From an uncultured delta proteobacterium (lineage in GTDB: Bacteria; Desulfobacterota; Binatia; UBA9968), in assembly GCA_963755715.1 (NCBI GenBank), contig CAVWLW010000030.1:32001-96000 (forward strand): DNA of 64,000 nt, in the 5' to 3' direction. The first letter of the stretch is position 1. Every line of letters begins with the position of its first letter. Under the pieces are notes generated by a model that was given only the letters and a program-made list of their open reading frames with translations, searched no databases and had not been told where the DNA came from. A program made the translations under genes and the position numbers. Positions 48,129 to 58,273 of the stretch are shown here, one piece after another.

Positions 48129-49550
48129 ATGGCCTTCACTGACCTAAGAAACTTCATCGACGGCGCCGCGCGCATCGGCGAGCTGAAAGTCATCGACGGG
48201 GCGCACTGGAACCTCGAAATCGGCTGTCTGACGGAATTGATGGCCGAGCAAGAAGGACCGCTGCTGCTCTTCGACAAGATCGTCGATTATCCCGCGGGTT
48301 TTCGTATCGCGACCAACGCGTTGGCGACACCGCGGCGCTTCGCCCTGGCTCTCGGCCTACCCACCGATGTGCCGAAGCTGGAGATTCTCAAAGCCTGGCG
48401 CAACAAGATTCGCGATCTCAAGCCTTTCGCCCCCGTCGAAGTTTCATCCGGCCCGATAAGCGAGAATGTTCTTGAAGGTGATCGCATCGACTTGGATATT
48501 TTTCCCACGCCCAAATGGCACGAGCACGACGGCGGGCGCTATATCGGCACCGGCGACATGGTGATTATCAAAGATCCGGATAGCGGCTGGATCAACGTCG
48601 GTACCTACCGCTCCTGCGTCGTTGCCAAGGATCGCGTTACGCTCTGGATCATCGAGCACAAGCACGGCAAACAGATCGCGCGCCGATATTGGAACGCGGG
48701 ACGCCCCTGTCCCGTCGCCATCGTGCTCGGTTGCGAGCCCGCTACCTGGCTGGCTGCGCCGTCCGCCGCCAAATCCGGTGTGAGTGAATATGAATATGCC
48801 GGCGCGTTGCGCGGCGCGCCGCTCGAAGTGATCCGAGCGCCATTCACCGGACTGCCGATCCCCGCAACAGCTGAAATTGTCATCGAAGGCGAAATGCCCT
48901 CGCCCGAAGAAGAGTCGCACGCGGAAGGGCCCTTCGGCGAATGGCCGGGATATTACACTCATAGCGGCGATGAATGTGTCGTCCGCGTCAAGCGGATTCT
49001 CTATCGCAATGATCCGATCCTGCTCGGCAATCCGCCGCTTTTGCCGATCACCGAGCGCTATGGCATTCCGCTCTACGCCGCGCGCATCTGGGACCACTTG
49101 GAGCAATCCGGCATCTCGGACGTCCAAGGCGTTTGGTGCCATTGCCATACTTTGATGGTGGTCGTCTCTCTGAAGCAACGGCACGCCGGGCAGGCATTGC
49201 AAGCGCTCACTGCGATCGCCGGCATGCAAACCGGCGCGAGCATGTATCGCTACTATATCGCCGTCGACGACGACATCGATCCGGTGGACCTGAAACAAGT
49301 CATCTGGGCCATGTGCACGCGCGTCGATCCGGCGGAGTCGGTGCAGATTCTTAAATCCTGGACCACCGATCTCGACCCGCGCTTGCCGCCGGACAAGCGC
49401 GACAAGGGCGATTTTACTATGAGCCGCATGTTGATCGACGCCTGCAAACCGTTTCATTGGCGCGAGCATTTCGCCGTCGCCAATAAGTTCAGCGCCGAGA
49501 AGCGCGAGGAGATCTGGGAAAAGTGGGCGCCGAAACTTTTACTCAAATGA
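48129..49550 (+). CDS. UbiD-family (de)carboxylase (second, different clade)
   Basis: DLRNFI, PLLLFDKI, NVGTYR, AEIVIEG, EGPFGEWPGYY, VDDDID..V.WA..TR.DP and IDACKP. Confidence 0.92.
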   Translation: MAFTDLRNFIDGAARIGELKVIDGAHWNLEIGCLTELMAEQEGPLLLFDKIVDYPAGFRIATNALATPRRFALALGLPTDVPKLEILKAWRNKIRDLKPFAPVEVSSGPISENVLEGDRIDLDIFPTPKWHEHDGGRYIGTGDMVIIKDPDSGWINVGTYRSCVVAKDRVTLWIIEHKHGKQIARRYWNAGRPCPVAIVLGCEPATWLAAPSAAKSGVSEYEYAGALRGAPLEVIRAPFTGLPIPATAEIVIEGEMPSPEEESHAEGPFGEWPGYYTHSGDECVVRVKRILYRNDPILLGNPPLLPITERYGIPLYAARIWDHLEQSGISDVQGVWCHCHTLMVVVSLKQRHAGQALQALTAIAGMQTGASMYRYYIAVDDDIDPVDLKQVIWAMCTRVDPAESVQILKSWTTDLDPRLPPDKRDKGDFTMSRMLIDACKPFHWREHFAVANKFSAEKREEIWEKWAPKLLLK

Positions 49551-49610
49551 AGTTGTCGGGTTGACGTTTCAGCGCACATAAACTAAGGACTGAAACAAGG
49601 AGGACACATC

Positions 49611-50522
49611 ATGGACAAAGTAAACTTTCCCTATCGTTCGGACAGCCATCTGCCGTTTCTTCACGTCGTTCACGACTCGGGTTCCTGGGCGAAGCACGGC
49701 CTTGACGTGAATTACGACTACGAGATTACTTCGGAGGATTCGCACAAGAACGTCGCCAACGGCACGGTCGAATTCGTCGGCGGCAATCATCTTTCGCCTT
49801 ACATTCGCCGTTCGATGGGCGACAAATGGGTTTACCTCGGCCAATCCGTGAGTTTGTTGAATCATCGGCTGGTCGTGCGCGCCGACTCGGGCATCAACAA
49901 AGTTTCCGATCTCAAAGGCAAAAAAGTTGCGACCAAGGGCAAGCACCCCGGTTTGAATACTTGGCTCTTCATCAAGCAGGCCGGGTTGATCCACGAGTGC
50001 GAGGTGGAGAAAGCCAAGGGCAGTAAGTTTCACTGGGAAGCGGTGCGCGACGGCGAAGCTGATGCGGCGTTCGTCACGCCGCCGGCGGATATTCTGTCGA
50101 AACGCGCCGGCTTGAAAGTCATCGAGGTGCCGTTCTTGCCGATGGTGTGGTTCACCACGGTTTCGAGCGGGTTGCCCTTCGTCGAGAAACACCCGGATAT
50201 AATCGACAAGATGCTCCGCGGCATTTGCGAGGGCATCGCCTATTTCAAAACGCACCGCGCCGAGTCGATCAAAATCATCAAAGAAAAATACAAGGCCGAA
50301 GGCGATCTCGACGACGAGACGGCGAGCCATCTGTACGACGACCTAAAGAAAGTCCTGCAGGCGAAGCCGTACGCGACGATTCCGGCGATCAGCAATGTCT
50401 ACGAGATTTCAATCGTGCAGGACAAGGCCGCCGAAAAGACCGATCCGATGGCGCTGTGGGATTTTCACTATCTCAGACGCATCGACGACAGCGGCTTTAT
50501 CGATAATCTATATCGGACTTAA
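49611..50522 (+). CDS. NMT1/THI5/SsuA-type binding-protein fold without signal peptide
   Basis: HGLDV, DLKGKKVA, GEADAAFVTPP and IDDSGFIDNLY. AAGGAGG lies 7 nt before the ATG and the N-terminus is polar (MDKVNFPYRSDSH). Confidence 0.8.
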   Translation: MDKVNFPYRSDSHLPFLHVVHDSGSWAKHGLDVNYDYEITSEDSHKNVANGTVEFVGGNHLSPYIRRSMGDKWVYLGQSVSLLNHRLVVRADSGINKVSDLKGKKVATKGKHPGLNTWLFIKQAGLIHECEVEKAKGSKFHWEAVRDGEADAAFVTPPADILSKRAGLKVIEVPFLPMVWFTTVSSGLPFVEKHPDIIDKMLRGICEGIAYFKTHRAESIKIIKEKYKAEGDLDDETASHLYDDLKKVLQAKPYATIPAISNVYEISIVQDKAAEKTDPMALWDFHYLRRIDDSGFIDNLYRT

Positions 50523-50530
50523 GACCTTCA

Positions 50531-50603
50531 TGCTTCGACAAGGCTCAGCACGAACGGAGGATTCGGGTTCTTTTTTTCCGTTCGCCCTGAGCTTGTCGAA
50601 GGG
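50531..50603. repeat. REP-like inverted repeat pair (CTTCGACAAGCTCAG family)
   Basis: CTTCGACAAGGCTCAGCACGAACGGA ... TCCGTTCGCCCTGAGCTTGTCGAAG. Confidence 0.8.
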
Positions 50604-50642
50604 CTCCGCTTTTCTTGTACTCAATCAACGGAGCAACAGCCG

Positions 50643-51416
50643 ATGACTGGCGTTACTCCTCAGCTCGGCGTCAAGATGAGCTCCAATGACGCCAGAGCGT
50701 ACATCGACGAAGTCAACAAGAAAGTCATTCAGCGCTGGAACGAGCGAGTGACGCAAGGTCCCTTCATGAGGAAATTACTAGAAGGCACCTTGCCGATGTC
50801 GGCGATTAAGCTGTTCTTCAAAAATTGGGGCAACTTCACCGTCGAGATCAATACTCTGATATCCGTCTCGTATCATAAACATATCGGCTTTTTTAAACGT
50901 CATCCCGACCTCATGGCACCGCTCGGCGTCAAGATTGCCGACGAGTTCATTCATCCCAAGCCGCCCGGTCATGTGCTCGTGATGCTTCAGACCGCCGAAG
51001 CGCTGGGGCTCACGAAAGATCAGGTGCTGCGCGAACCGATGCTGCCGGAGTGCCGCGCCATACTCGATTTCAAACGGCAGCTCATGTGGGAAGGAACCGT
51101 CGCCGAATGGTGGTTTTCCATGCTGACGGAAGAGCCCATCGGTCACTGGTCGGCCATGTGGTTCAAAACCTTGACGCAGAAATACGGTTTCAGTAAGGAG
51201 CAGGCCGTTTACTTCTCCACCCACGAGGAAGCCGACCTGAAAGAACACGAAGACGGCGTCATGGGTCATGGTAGTTTCAACAAACTAGTCATGCAGCGCA
51301 TCCTCGAAGACGGTTACGCCGATACGCGCGAAGGTTACAATCTCGAATACTGCGCCACTGCCGCCGTCGATCTCTACGGCGTCATGCACCGCGCGGCGGC
51401 GGAGCTGGCGGAATGA
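50643..51416 (+). CDS. Heme-oxygenase-like diiron enzyme, paralog 2
   Basis: KNWGNF, DEFIHPKPPGH, PMLPECRA, TEE and YFSTHEEAD...H...H; clearly homologous to 46209..46952. Confidence 0.75.
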   Translation: MTGVTPQLGVKMSSNDARAYIDEVNKKVIQRWNERVTQGPFMRKLLEGTLPMSAIKLFFKNWGNFTVEINTLISVSYHKHIGFFKRHPDLMAPLGVKIADEFIHPKPPGHVLVMLQTAEALGLTKDQVLREPMLPECRAILDFKRQLMWEGTVAEWWFSMLTEEPIGHWSAMWFKTLTQKYGFSKEQAVYFSTHEEADLKEHEDGVMGHGSFNKLVMQRILEDGYADTREGYNLEYCATAAVDLYGVMHRAAAELAE

Positions 51417-51437
51417 TCAACCCAAGAGAAATTTTCC

Positions 51438-52441
51438 ATGACAGCTTTGAGAATTTTCATTATCCGCCGTGTTCTTGCTTTTTCTCATCGGCGACTGCCC
51501 AGGCGCAAACGACCTCACTCGTCCTCGGCTACAGCGGCTCGGGCATCAGCACGGATCTGCGCCGCGTCATGGATCTGGAAAAAATCTGGGAGAAGCACGG
51601 CCTCATCATCAAATCGGTCTACTTCAATAGCGGCAGCGTTCTCACCCAAGCGATGATCGGCGGGAACATAGCGCTGTCGGATTCCGGCGTGCCTGAAATG
51701 CTTGTCCTGCCGGTCTCCGGCGCATTCGAGACCAAAGTCATTACTGTCAATATCAATCGTCTCGAACATATTTTCGTCACGCGCAAAAACGTCGCAAAGC
51801 CCGAAGACCTGAAGGGCAAGCGCATCGCCGTGAGCCGTTTCGGCTCGGCGTCGGATCTCACGACGCGAATGGTGCTACGATCATGGAAGCTCGACCCGGA
51901 AAAAGACGTTGCCTTGTTGCAATCCGGCAACACGCCGACCCGCATGACCGCGCTGATCGCCGGCCACGTCGACGGCGCGCTGGTGAGTCCCGAGAGTCTG
52001 CACAAGGTTTTGGCCAGCGGCTGCTGCCGATCTTTGGCCGATCTCTCCGAGCTGCCCCTCGACTTTGCCCGTTTCGGCGTGACCGTGCCGGCTTCGTTGA
52101 TTCGCAACCAGCGCGACGTCGCGCGCCGCATCGTCATGGCCTACGTCGAAGGAATTCATGCATTTAAAACAAAACCCAAACTCGTTTACTCCGTGCTCGA
52201 AGAAGAAGGCATCAAGGATCCAGCCGTCGCTAAAGAAATTTATGCTCGGTTGAGTTTCAGCATGCGCGAATATCCGATTCCCGAAGCGAGCGGAATACAA
52301 AATGCCCTCGATTCGCTCGGTCACCCGAACGCGCGCAACGTGAAACCGGCCGGTGTGATCGACACGAGCCTGATCGAGGAAGTGCGGAAATCCGGCTTTA
52401 TCGACAAACTCTACGGGCGAGCGCCGATGAATCAAAAATAA
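51438..52441 (+). CDS. NMT1/THI5-type ABC substrate-binding protein; signal peptide region frameshifted
   Basis: MTALRIFII.. then AQA-QT in another frame; EDLKGKRIAVSRFGS, RMTALIAGHVDG and SGFIDKLY. Confidence 0.8.
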
Positions 52442-52893
52442 AACTCAGTGTTTGAAACCTGCCACGGTCGCGCGCCATCCCGCTTCGTTTTCATCGGCAC
52501 ACGGAAAGACACAACCCGTCGTATTTTTTCAAGACTTGTGATTAGAATTGAGAGCACGAAAGAGATTGTGGAAGTGATCACAAAGACGCCGAGCAGGCCT
52601 AGACCAGTTTCGAAGATTTGTTTGGAATCGGAGAGTTCGTCGCTGCCGTCGCGAAAAGCAAAATTCTTAACGAGCACGCCATCCTTTCTGAGATACAGTC
52701 CGAAGAGAATAAGAACAATTGGACTGAATAACGAAAACCACCGACCTAGTCTTAGACTTGACTCCCACGCTACCCCAGAATCCGAATTGTTGAGCACTCT
52801 CGCCAGCGAATCAAGCTATTCGCTGAGCCCGGAAGCCGGACAGTAGAGTCCAATGAATTTGATTCTTAAATTTTGTAGCGTCGTAGTTTTCAT
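52432..52893 (-). pseudogene. Hypothetical membrane protein, possibly degenerate
   Basis: ATG 52893 is in frame with ORF 52432..52797 but interrupted by TAG at 52816-52818; hydrophobic segments; more AT-rich than its neighbours. Confidence 0.35.
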
Positions 52894-52925
52894 TTTAGGA
52901 TGACTGTCGGTTTAAGATCGATTTT

Positions 52926-53267
52926 TTAGACCTTCTCGTCTTCCGCCAAAATGTCCGTTATCAGATCCCGAATCAGCTGCCGCTTCGGCAGCGGTTCGAC
53001 AGTGATCAATTCCGGCGTTACCTTGGCGATGCAGGTATATTCCACCGCGCCGTTCACCAGCGCCATGCAGGTTTTGCAGGCGTTAGCGTTGATGCAGCTG
53101 TAGCGAATCCCCAGCGTGCTATCGAGATGAATGCGAATCCAGCGCAGCGCGTCGAGCACCGACATGCCTTCTTCGTAGGGAACGTCGAAGACATCGTAAC
53201 GGCCCGCTTCGCCGACCGACCCGCGCCGGACGCGAAGACGGGTGGTTTTGCCGATTGGATCAGCCAT
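52926..53267 (-). CDS. [2Fe-2S] protein resembling only the N-terminal domain of SdhB/FrdB
   Basis: SVLDAL..I....D..L..RYSCINANACKTC..VNG....TC and VEPL......IRDL. Confidence 0.85.
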   Translation of the reverse strand: MADPIGKTTRLRVRRGSVGEAGRYDVFDVPYEEGMSVLDALRWIRIHLDSTLGIRYSCINANACKTCMALVNGAVEYTCIAKVTPELITVEPLPKRQLIRDLITDILAEDEKV

Positions 53268-54967
53268 GACTCGATTCGCTGCGATTGAGTCGGACGAGAG
53301 CGGCCCAGCGCGTCGACAGGTTGCCGTCTTTCAGCTCCAGCACCTGATTCTTGAGCAATCGCGCATCCGCGATCGGAAAATCTTCGCGCTGATGTGCGCC
53401 GCGGCTCTCGGTTCGCGCCAAGGCGGAACGGACGACCGCTTCCGCCGTCGTCAGCATCGCGCGTAATTCGAACCAATCTTGCAGATCGAGATTGAAGTCA
53501 CGTTCTCGGTTAATGCGCAGACGAAGCAGGTCCGTCTTGCTCATCTCTTCGATGCGCGCGAGCGCCTCCGTCAGCTTCTCGCCGGTGCGAAACGGCCCGG
53601 CTTGCTCCCACATCAGCTTCTGCAGCTCAATTTGCAGCGTGATCGGAGCGGCGCCGTCCGAGCGGGAATTTTCGTAGACAAATCCTAAGCGCTCGATTGT
53701 TTTCTGAGCGAGTTTCTCGTCCCAAGCAGCTGGCGCGCGCTGCGCCGCTTCAGCGGCGCTGGAGCCGGCGCGCGCGCCGAATACGAACGCTTCAGTGATC
53801 GCGTTGCCGGACAGTCGATTGGCCCCGTTAGAGCCGCCGACCGCTTCGCCGGCGGCATAAAGCCCTTCGATTCGCGTCCGCATGTTCGTGTCGACGCGAA
53901 TCCCGCCCATGTGATAGTGCGCCATCGGGCCGACTTCCACGGGCATTTGCGTGAGATCGATGCCGTTGACGAGCAGGCGATCGATCACCGGACCGAAAGC
54001 GGCGCGCAGTTGCGTTTCAGGAATGTGGCGGAAGTCGAGATAAGCGCCGCCGTGCGGCGTGCCGCGCCCGGCTTCGACTTCTTTTAAGATCGCGTAGGCC
54101 GCGATGTCGCGGGTGGCGTTGTAATGGCCGAAATCCGTGCTGCCGTAGCGGTCGATGAATTCTTCGAATTGTCCGTTGAGCAGTTTACCGCCGAGCTTGT
54201 AGCGAAACGGATCCCATAGGATCGGATCCATGCCGACCAGGCGCGGCGCAAGATGGCCGATCGGAAAAAATTGCACGAACTCCATATCGATCAGCTCCGC
54301 GCCGGCCGACAATGCCAACGCGTACGCTTCGCCGCCCATGTTGGCCGACGCGCTGTTGCGCTCGTAGAGTTTCGTGAGACCGCCGGCGGCGAGAATCACC
54401 GCTCGTGCTTGAATCGTGACCCATTCGCCGCCGGCGAGACTGAGAGCGACGGCGCCGATCGCCCGCCCGTCGCGCGCCAATATTTCGAGCCCGGCGAGAT
54501 TGCTGATGCGCCGAATGTTTGTCGACTCGCTCACTTTGCGCCTGAGCGTCGCTGCCACGGCTGGACCGGTGTTGAGAAAGTCGACGTAGCAACAGCGTTT
54601 GACGCTGTGCCCGGGCGCCATTTCTTGCTTGATGCGGCCGTCTTCCCGCGCCCAGCGCGTGCCCCACTGCTCCATCTCGACGATGCGCTTCGGCCCGTCG
54701 CTGCAAACCAACCGCGGCAAGCTCTTCGTTGCACAGGCCGCGGCCTGCCCTCAAGGTATCTTCCAGATGCAGCTCGACCGAGTCCGGTTCCGCCGCGCCG
54801 AGCGCTACGGCGACGGTCATCTGCGCCATGATCGTCGCGCCGCCGCGGCCAACTTGGCCTTTGTCGACGAGAAGCACCGAGGCGCCATCGCGTGCCGCGG
54901 CGATCGCCGCGTACATACCGGCGCCACCAGCACCGACTATCAGTACATCTGTCGAGAGTTGGGGCAT
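53260..54967 (-). CDS. SdhA/FrdA/NadB-superfamily flavoprotein; frameshift near 54710
   Basis: VGAGGAG, LAAGG, DMEFVQF, ATRD, AHYHMGG, LYAAGE, GANRL.GN and RTESRGAH.REDFP; two overlapping ORFs join at EELAA/VCSDGP. Confidence 0.88.
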
Positions 54968-55009
54968 GACCGATTCGTTACCCCGCCGATGGGAATGTTG
55001 AGACGAAAC

Positions 55010-55750
55010 TCAATCCACTGTCTGTTCGCCGCTTTTTTGGAGCTCGTGCAGGGCCTTCTTCGCCGCTTCCTGTTCGGATTGTTTCTTGCTCCGACCTTCG
55101 CCTATACCTAAAATTTTACCGCCGACGGCGATCTCAGTAAGGAATAGCTTTTCATGATCGGGGCCGGTCGCGGCGATCACCCGATAAGCCGGCGGCGCGT
55201 GATAGAGCATCTGGCTGATTTCCTGAAGCCTTGTCTTGTAATCATGCTGGCCGAGTTTTTTCGCGGTCACGTCGGCGTTGAAGAAGCGCTCCACCACCGT
55301 GCGCGCGGCTTCGTAACCGCCGTCCTTATACACGCCGCCCAACACTGCTTCGAAGGCGCCGGCAAGGATCGACGGCTTGTTCCGGCCGCCGCTCCATTCT
55401 TCACCCTTGCCGATGCGCAGCATGGGACCGAAATTAAGCAGGGCAGCCTTTTCCGCGAGCACGGTGGAATTTACCAGCGCCGCGCGCATTTTGGATAGCA
55501 CGCCTTCGCTCTTATCGGGGTTGCGTTCAATCAAGAGATCGCTGATCGCCAGATCGAGCACCGCGTCGCCGAGAAACTCCAAGACCTCGTTATGGCCTTC
55601 GCTTTTCTTTCGCTCGTAGGAGACATGGGTCATACACCGCAGCAACAGCACGGGATCTTTAAAATAGTATCCCAACGCGTTTTGCAGCGCACCGAGTTGC
55701 GTCTCGTTCTTCAATCCGGTCCTACCGTAAAAAACCGGCGAGTCAGCCAC
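55010..55750 (-). CDS. rnc: Ribonuclease III
   Basis: NEVLEFLGDAVL, FEAVLGG and the dsRBD motifs DYKTRLQE and SKKQSEQEAA. Confidence 0.96.
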   Translation of the reverse strand: MADSPVFYGRTGLKNETQLGALQNALGYYFKDPVLLLRCMTHVSYERKKSEGHNEVLEFLGDAVLDLAISDLLIERNPDKSEGVLSKMRAALVNSTVLAEKAALLNFGPMLRIGKGEEWSGGRNKPSILAGAFEAVLGGVYKDGGYEAARTVVERFFNADVTAKKLGQHDYKTRLQEISQMLYHAPPAYRVIAATGPDHEKLFLTEIAVGGKILGIGEGRSKKQSEQEAAKKALHELQKSGEQTVD

Positions 55751-57068
55751 GCGCCGAAAGGTCAGTACCCCGTTCGAAGTCTATTCCCGTCAGCCATCCT
55801 TCGCGCCAGCCGTTGAGCTCCACGTCTACTTCTCGATTCGACGAATCGGTTCCCGCCGGCAAAATCACCGGCAGATAATTCCGGCTAAAGCCGCGCCGAA
55901 AGCCGCTCGCGCCGTCGACTTTTTCTTCGACCAACACCGAGACGCGCCGGCCAAGGAAACTCGAACAAAACTCGCTTTTCTTGCGCACGCCGAGCGCGCG
56001 CATGCGCCGCGCTCGCGCTTTTTTCACCGGCCCGGCCACATGATTCGCGAGAGAGACCGCGGCGGTGCCGCGGCGCGACGAATAGGGGAAAACGTGGAAA
56101 TAAGTGAGCGGCAGCGAGTTAAAATACTCCAGAGAATTTTCAAACTGGGCGTCGCTCTCGCCGGGAAATCCCACGATGATGTCACTGCCGAGCGCGGCCT
56201 CGGGCAAACGGGTGCGCACGCGCGCCAAGAGGTCGCGATAATACACCGTGTCGTAGTTGCGCCGCATTTGCTTGAGTATCTCATTATCGCCCGCCTGTGC
56301 GCAGATATGCAGGTGCGGACAAATAGTTTTCGAAGCCGCGATCAAATCTAACAATCGGTCCGGCACCTCGCGCGGATCGAGGGAGCTCAAGCGCAGGCGT
56401 GAAATCAATCCGCTATCGGCGATCCTTTCGACGAGCGCCGCAAGATCGATCTTTGGATTTAAATCCTGGCCGTATCCGCCGAGATGAATGCCGGTGAGCA
56501 CGATTTCTTTGTATCCCGCGCCGGCCAACCGGCGCACCTGCTCCATGACTTCGCTCGGCGTGACGCTGCGGCTCAGCCCGCGCGCCGTCGGGATAATGCA
56601 ATAAGTGCAGGAGTAATTGCAGCCTTCCTGAATTTTCAAAAATGCCCGCGTGTGCCCAGGCAGCGCGCGCGTGCCGAGCACCGGCACGCCGCGTTCCCGC
56701 TTCACGTCGCTGACGGCGATCCGTGGCGCGCCCGTGGGAACGGACTCGACGAAGCGGAGCAAATCATCGAGCCGGTTTAGCCCGATGACGAAATCGACAC
56801 CGGGAACTTCGGCGACTTCCTGCGAATTCACTTGCGCATAGCAGCCCGTGACCAGCACCTTCGCCGCTGGGTTTCGTCGCTTGGCCCGGCGCACCAACTG
56901 GCGCGCCTCCCAATCCGCTCGATCCGTCACCGTGCAGGTATTGATCACATAACATTCGGCGACTTCATCAAAAGCGACGAACGAGTGTTTATCTTCCAGC
57001 CGGCTTTGAATCACCGCGGAGTCGTACTGGTTGATCTTGCAACCCAAAGTTGTAATCGCGATACGCAT
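55743..57068 (-). CDS. mtaB: tRNA threonylcarbamoyladenosine methylthiotransferase
   Basis: TLGCKINQYDS, NTCTVT, KIQEGCNYSCTYC, LTGIHLG, DIIVGFPGE and HVFPYS.R.GT. Confidence 0.95.
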   Translation of the reverse strand: MRIAITTLGCKINQYDSAVIQSRLEDKHSFVAFDEVAECYVINTCTVTDRADWEARQLVRRAKRRNPAAKVLVTGCYAQVNSQEVAEVPGVDFVIGLNRLDDLLRFVESVPTGAPRIAVSDVKRERGVPVLGTRALPGHTRAFLKIQEGCNYSCTYCIIPTARGLSRSVTPSEVMEQVRRLAGAGYKEIVLTGIHLGGYGQDLNPKIDLAALVERIADSGLISRLRLSSLDPREVPDRLLDLIAASKTICPHLHICAQAGDNEILKQMRRNYDTVYYRDLLARVRTRLPEAALGSDIIVGFPGESDAQFENSLEYFNSLPLTYFHVFPYSSRRGTAAVSLANHVAGPVKKARARRMRALGVRKKSEFCSSFLGRRVSVLVEEKVDGASGFRRGFSRNYLPVILPAGTDSSNREVDVELNGWREGWLTGIDFERGTDLSARG

Positions 57069-57080
57069 GACCTTAGTCGT

Positions 57081-57151
57081 TAGGCAACAGGCACTAGGCT
57101 ACAGAAAGACCACATGTTCTCAATCTTATTCTTACTAGTGCCTGTCGCCTA
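57081..57151. repeat. Inverted heptamer-repeat element
   Basis: TAGGCAACAGGCACTAG ... CTAGTGCCTGTCGCCTA (16 of 17 complementary). Confidence 0.7.
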
Positions 57152-57154
57152 ATG

Positions 57155-58231
57155 CTATTGCCTTTCTTCTTTTATGGCTCGTTCGATCCAGCCGCCGCCG
57201 AGCAAATGCTCGCCGCAATAAAATACCGCGGCCTGTCCCGGCGTCACTGCCGGAAACGCTTCGTTAAATCTTATTTCACATGCACCGGGCGAAGTCGTAC
57301 GGATCGTGCAGGGAATCGACGGCGCGCGGTAGCGGATCTGCACTTCGGCGTCGATACTGGTAATATTGGGCGGCTCGATCCAATTAACCGCACGCGCGAT
57401 TAATCCGATTGAGCCCAGCTCATTTTTGTTGCCGACGACGACGCGGTTCGCTTCTTTATCGATCTCGACGACGTAAAGCGGTTCGCGTCCCGAGATACCC
57501 AAACCTCGGCGCTGCCCGACGGTGACTGTATGCACGCCGCCATGCCGGCCGAGCAGTTTGCCCGACCGATCGACGACTGCACCGCCGTCAAGCTCGCTTT
57601 CTTTCGCATAAGTTGCCACCAACGCCTTGTAGTCACCGAAGCAGATATCCTGGCTCTCCGGCCGCTCGGCCGCGGGCAAATTCAAGGCGCGCGCCTTCGC
57701 GCGCACAGCGCTTTTCTGCATCGCGCCGAGGGGAAAAACCGTGTGCGCCAGCTGCTCCTGCGACAGAGCAAACAAAAAATAAGACTGATCCTTGGCGCCG
57801 TCCGCGCCGCGCAGCAATGACGTGTGGCGCGTTCGATCGTCGTGAATTACTCGGGCGTAATGCCCGGTGGCGATGTAAGCGGCGCCCTGCTCCTTGGCCC
57901 AGCGCAGCAGCGTGCCGAGCTTGAAGTCGCGGTTACAGGCGACGCAAGGATTGGGCGTGCGCCCGTCGAGATAATCCTGAGCGAAAGGCTTCACAACTGT
58001 CTCGGCGAACTGACCGCGTAAATCGAGCAGCGTGTGCGGAATCCCCAGATGTTCGGCAACTTCCTTGGCGCCACGATGATCCGAACACACCCTCGGCCCA
58101 CGCTCCCCTTCCCACATGCGCAGCGAAACGCCGTGAACATCGTAGCCCTGCTCGACAAGCAACGCCGCTGTCACCGAACTATCGACACCGCCACTCATAG
58201 CGACGACGATCTTATTGGATCGCGTTGACAT
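57155..58231 (-). CDS. mnmA: tRNA 2-thiouridylase
   Basis: AMSGGVDSS, TPNPCVACN, ATGHYAR, KDQSYFL, ESQDICF, GQRRGL and TPGQAAVFY. Confidence 0.97.
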   Translation of the reverse strand: MSTRSNKIVVAMSGGVDSSVTAALLVEQGYDVHGVSLRMWEGERGPRVCSDHRGAKEVAEHLGIPHTLLDLRGQFAETVVKPFAQDYLDGRTPNPCVACNRDFKLGTLLRWAKEQGAAYIATGHYARVIHDDRTRHTSLLRGADGAKDQSYFLFALSQEQLAHTVFPLGAMQKSAVRAKARALNLPAAERPESQDICFGDYKALVATYAKESELDGGAVVDRSGKLLGRHGGVHTVTVGQRRGLGISGREPLYVVEIDKEANRVVVGNKNELGSIGLIARAVNWIEPPNITSIDAEVQIRYRAPSIPCTIRTTSPGACEIRFNEAFPAVTPGQAAVFYCGEHLLGGGWIERAIKEERQ

Positions 58232-58273
58232 GGTTTCTTACATAACGAGCGAATCAATGGTCGCCTTTCGAAA

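Noticed and set aside
46209-51416. PQQ biosynthesis or thiamine salvage (PqqC/TenA with THI5)
   Set aside because: No pqqA/B/D/E or thi genes, and no TPP riboswitch that I could recognise; the TenA catalytic Cys motif is absent.
52926-54967. Succinate dehydrogenase sdhAB
   Set aside because: Lacks the covalent FAD His, the QFHP His, the 4Fe-4S/3Fe-4S domain and the membrane anchors.
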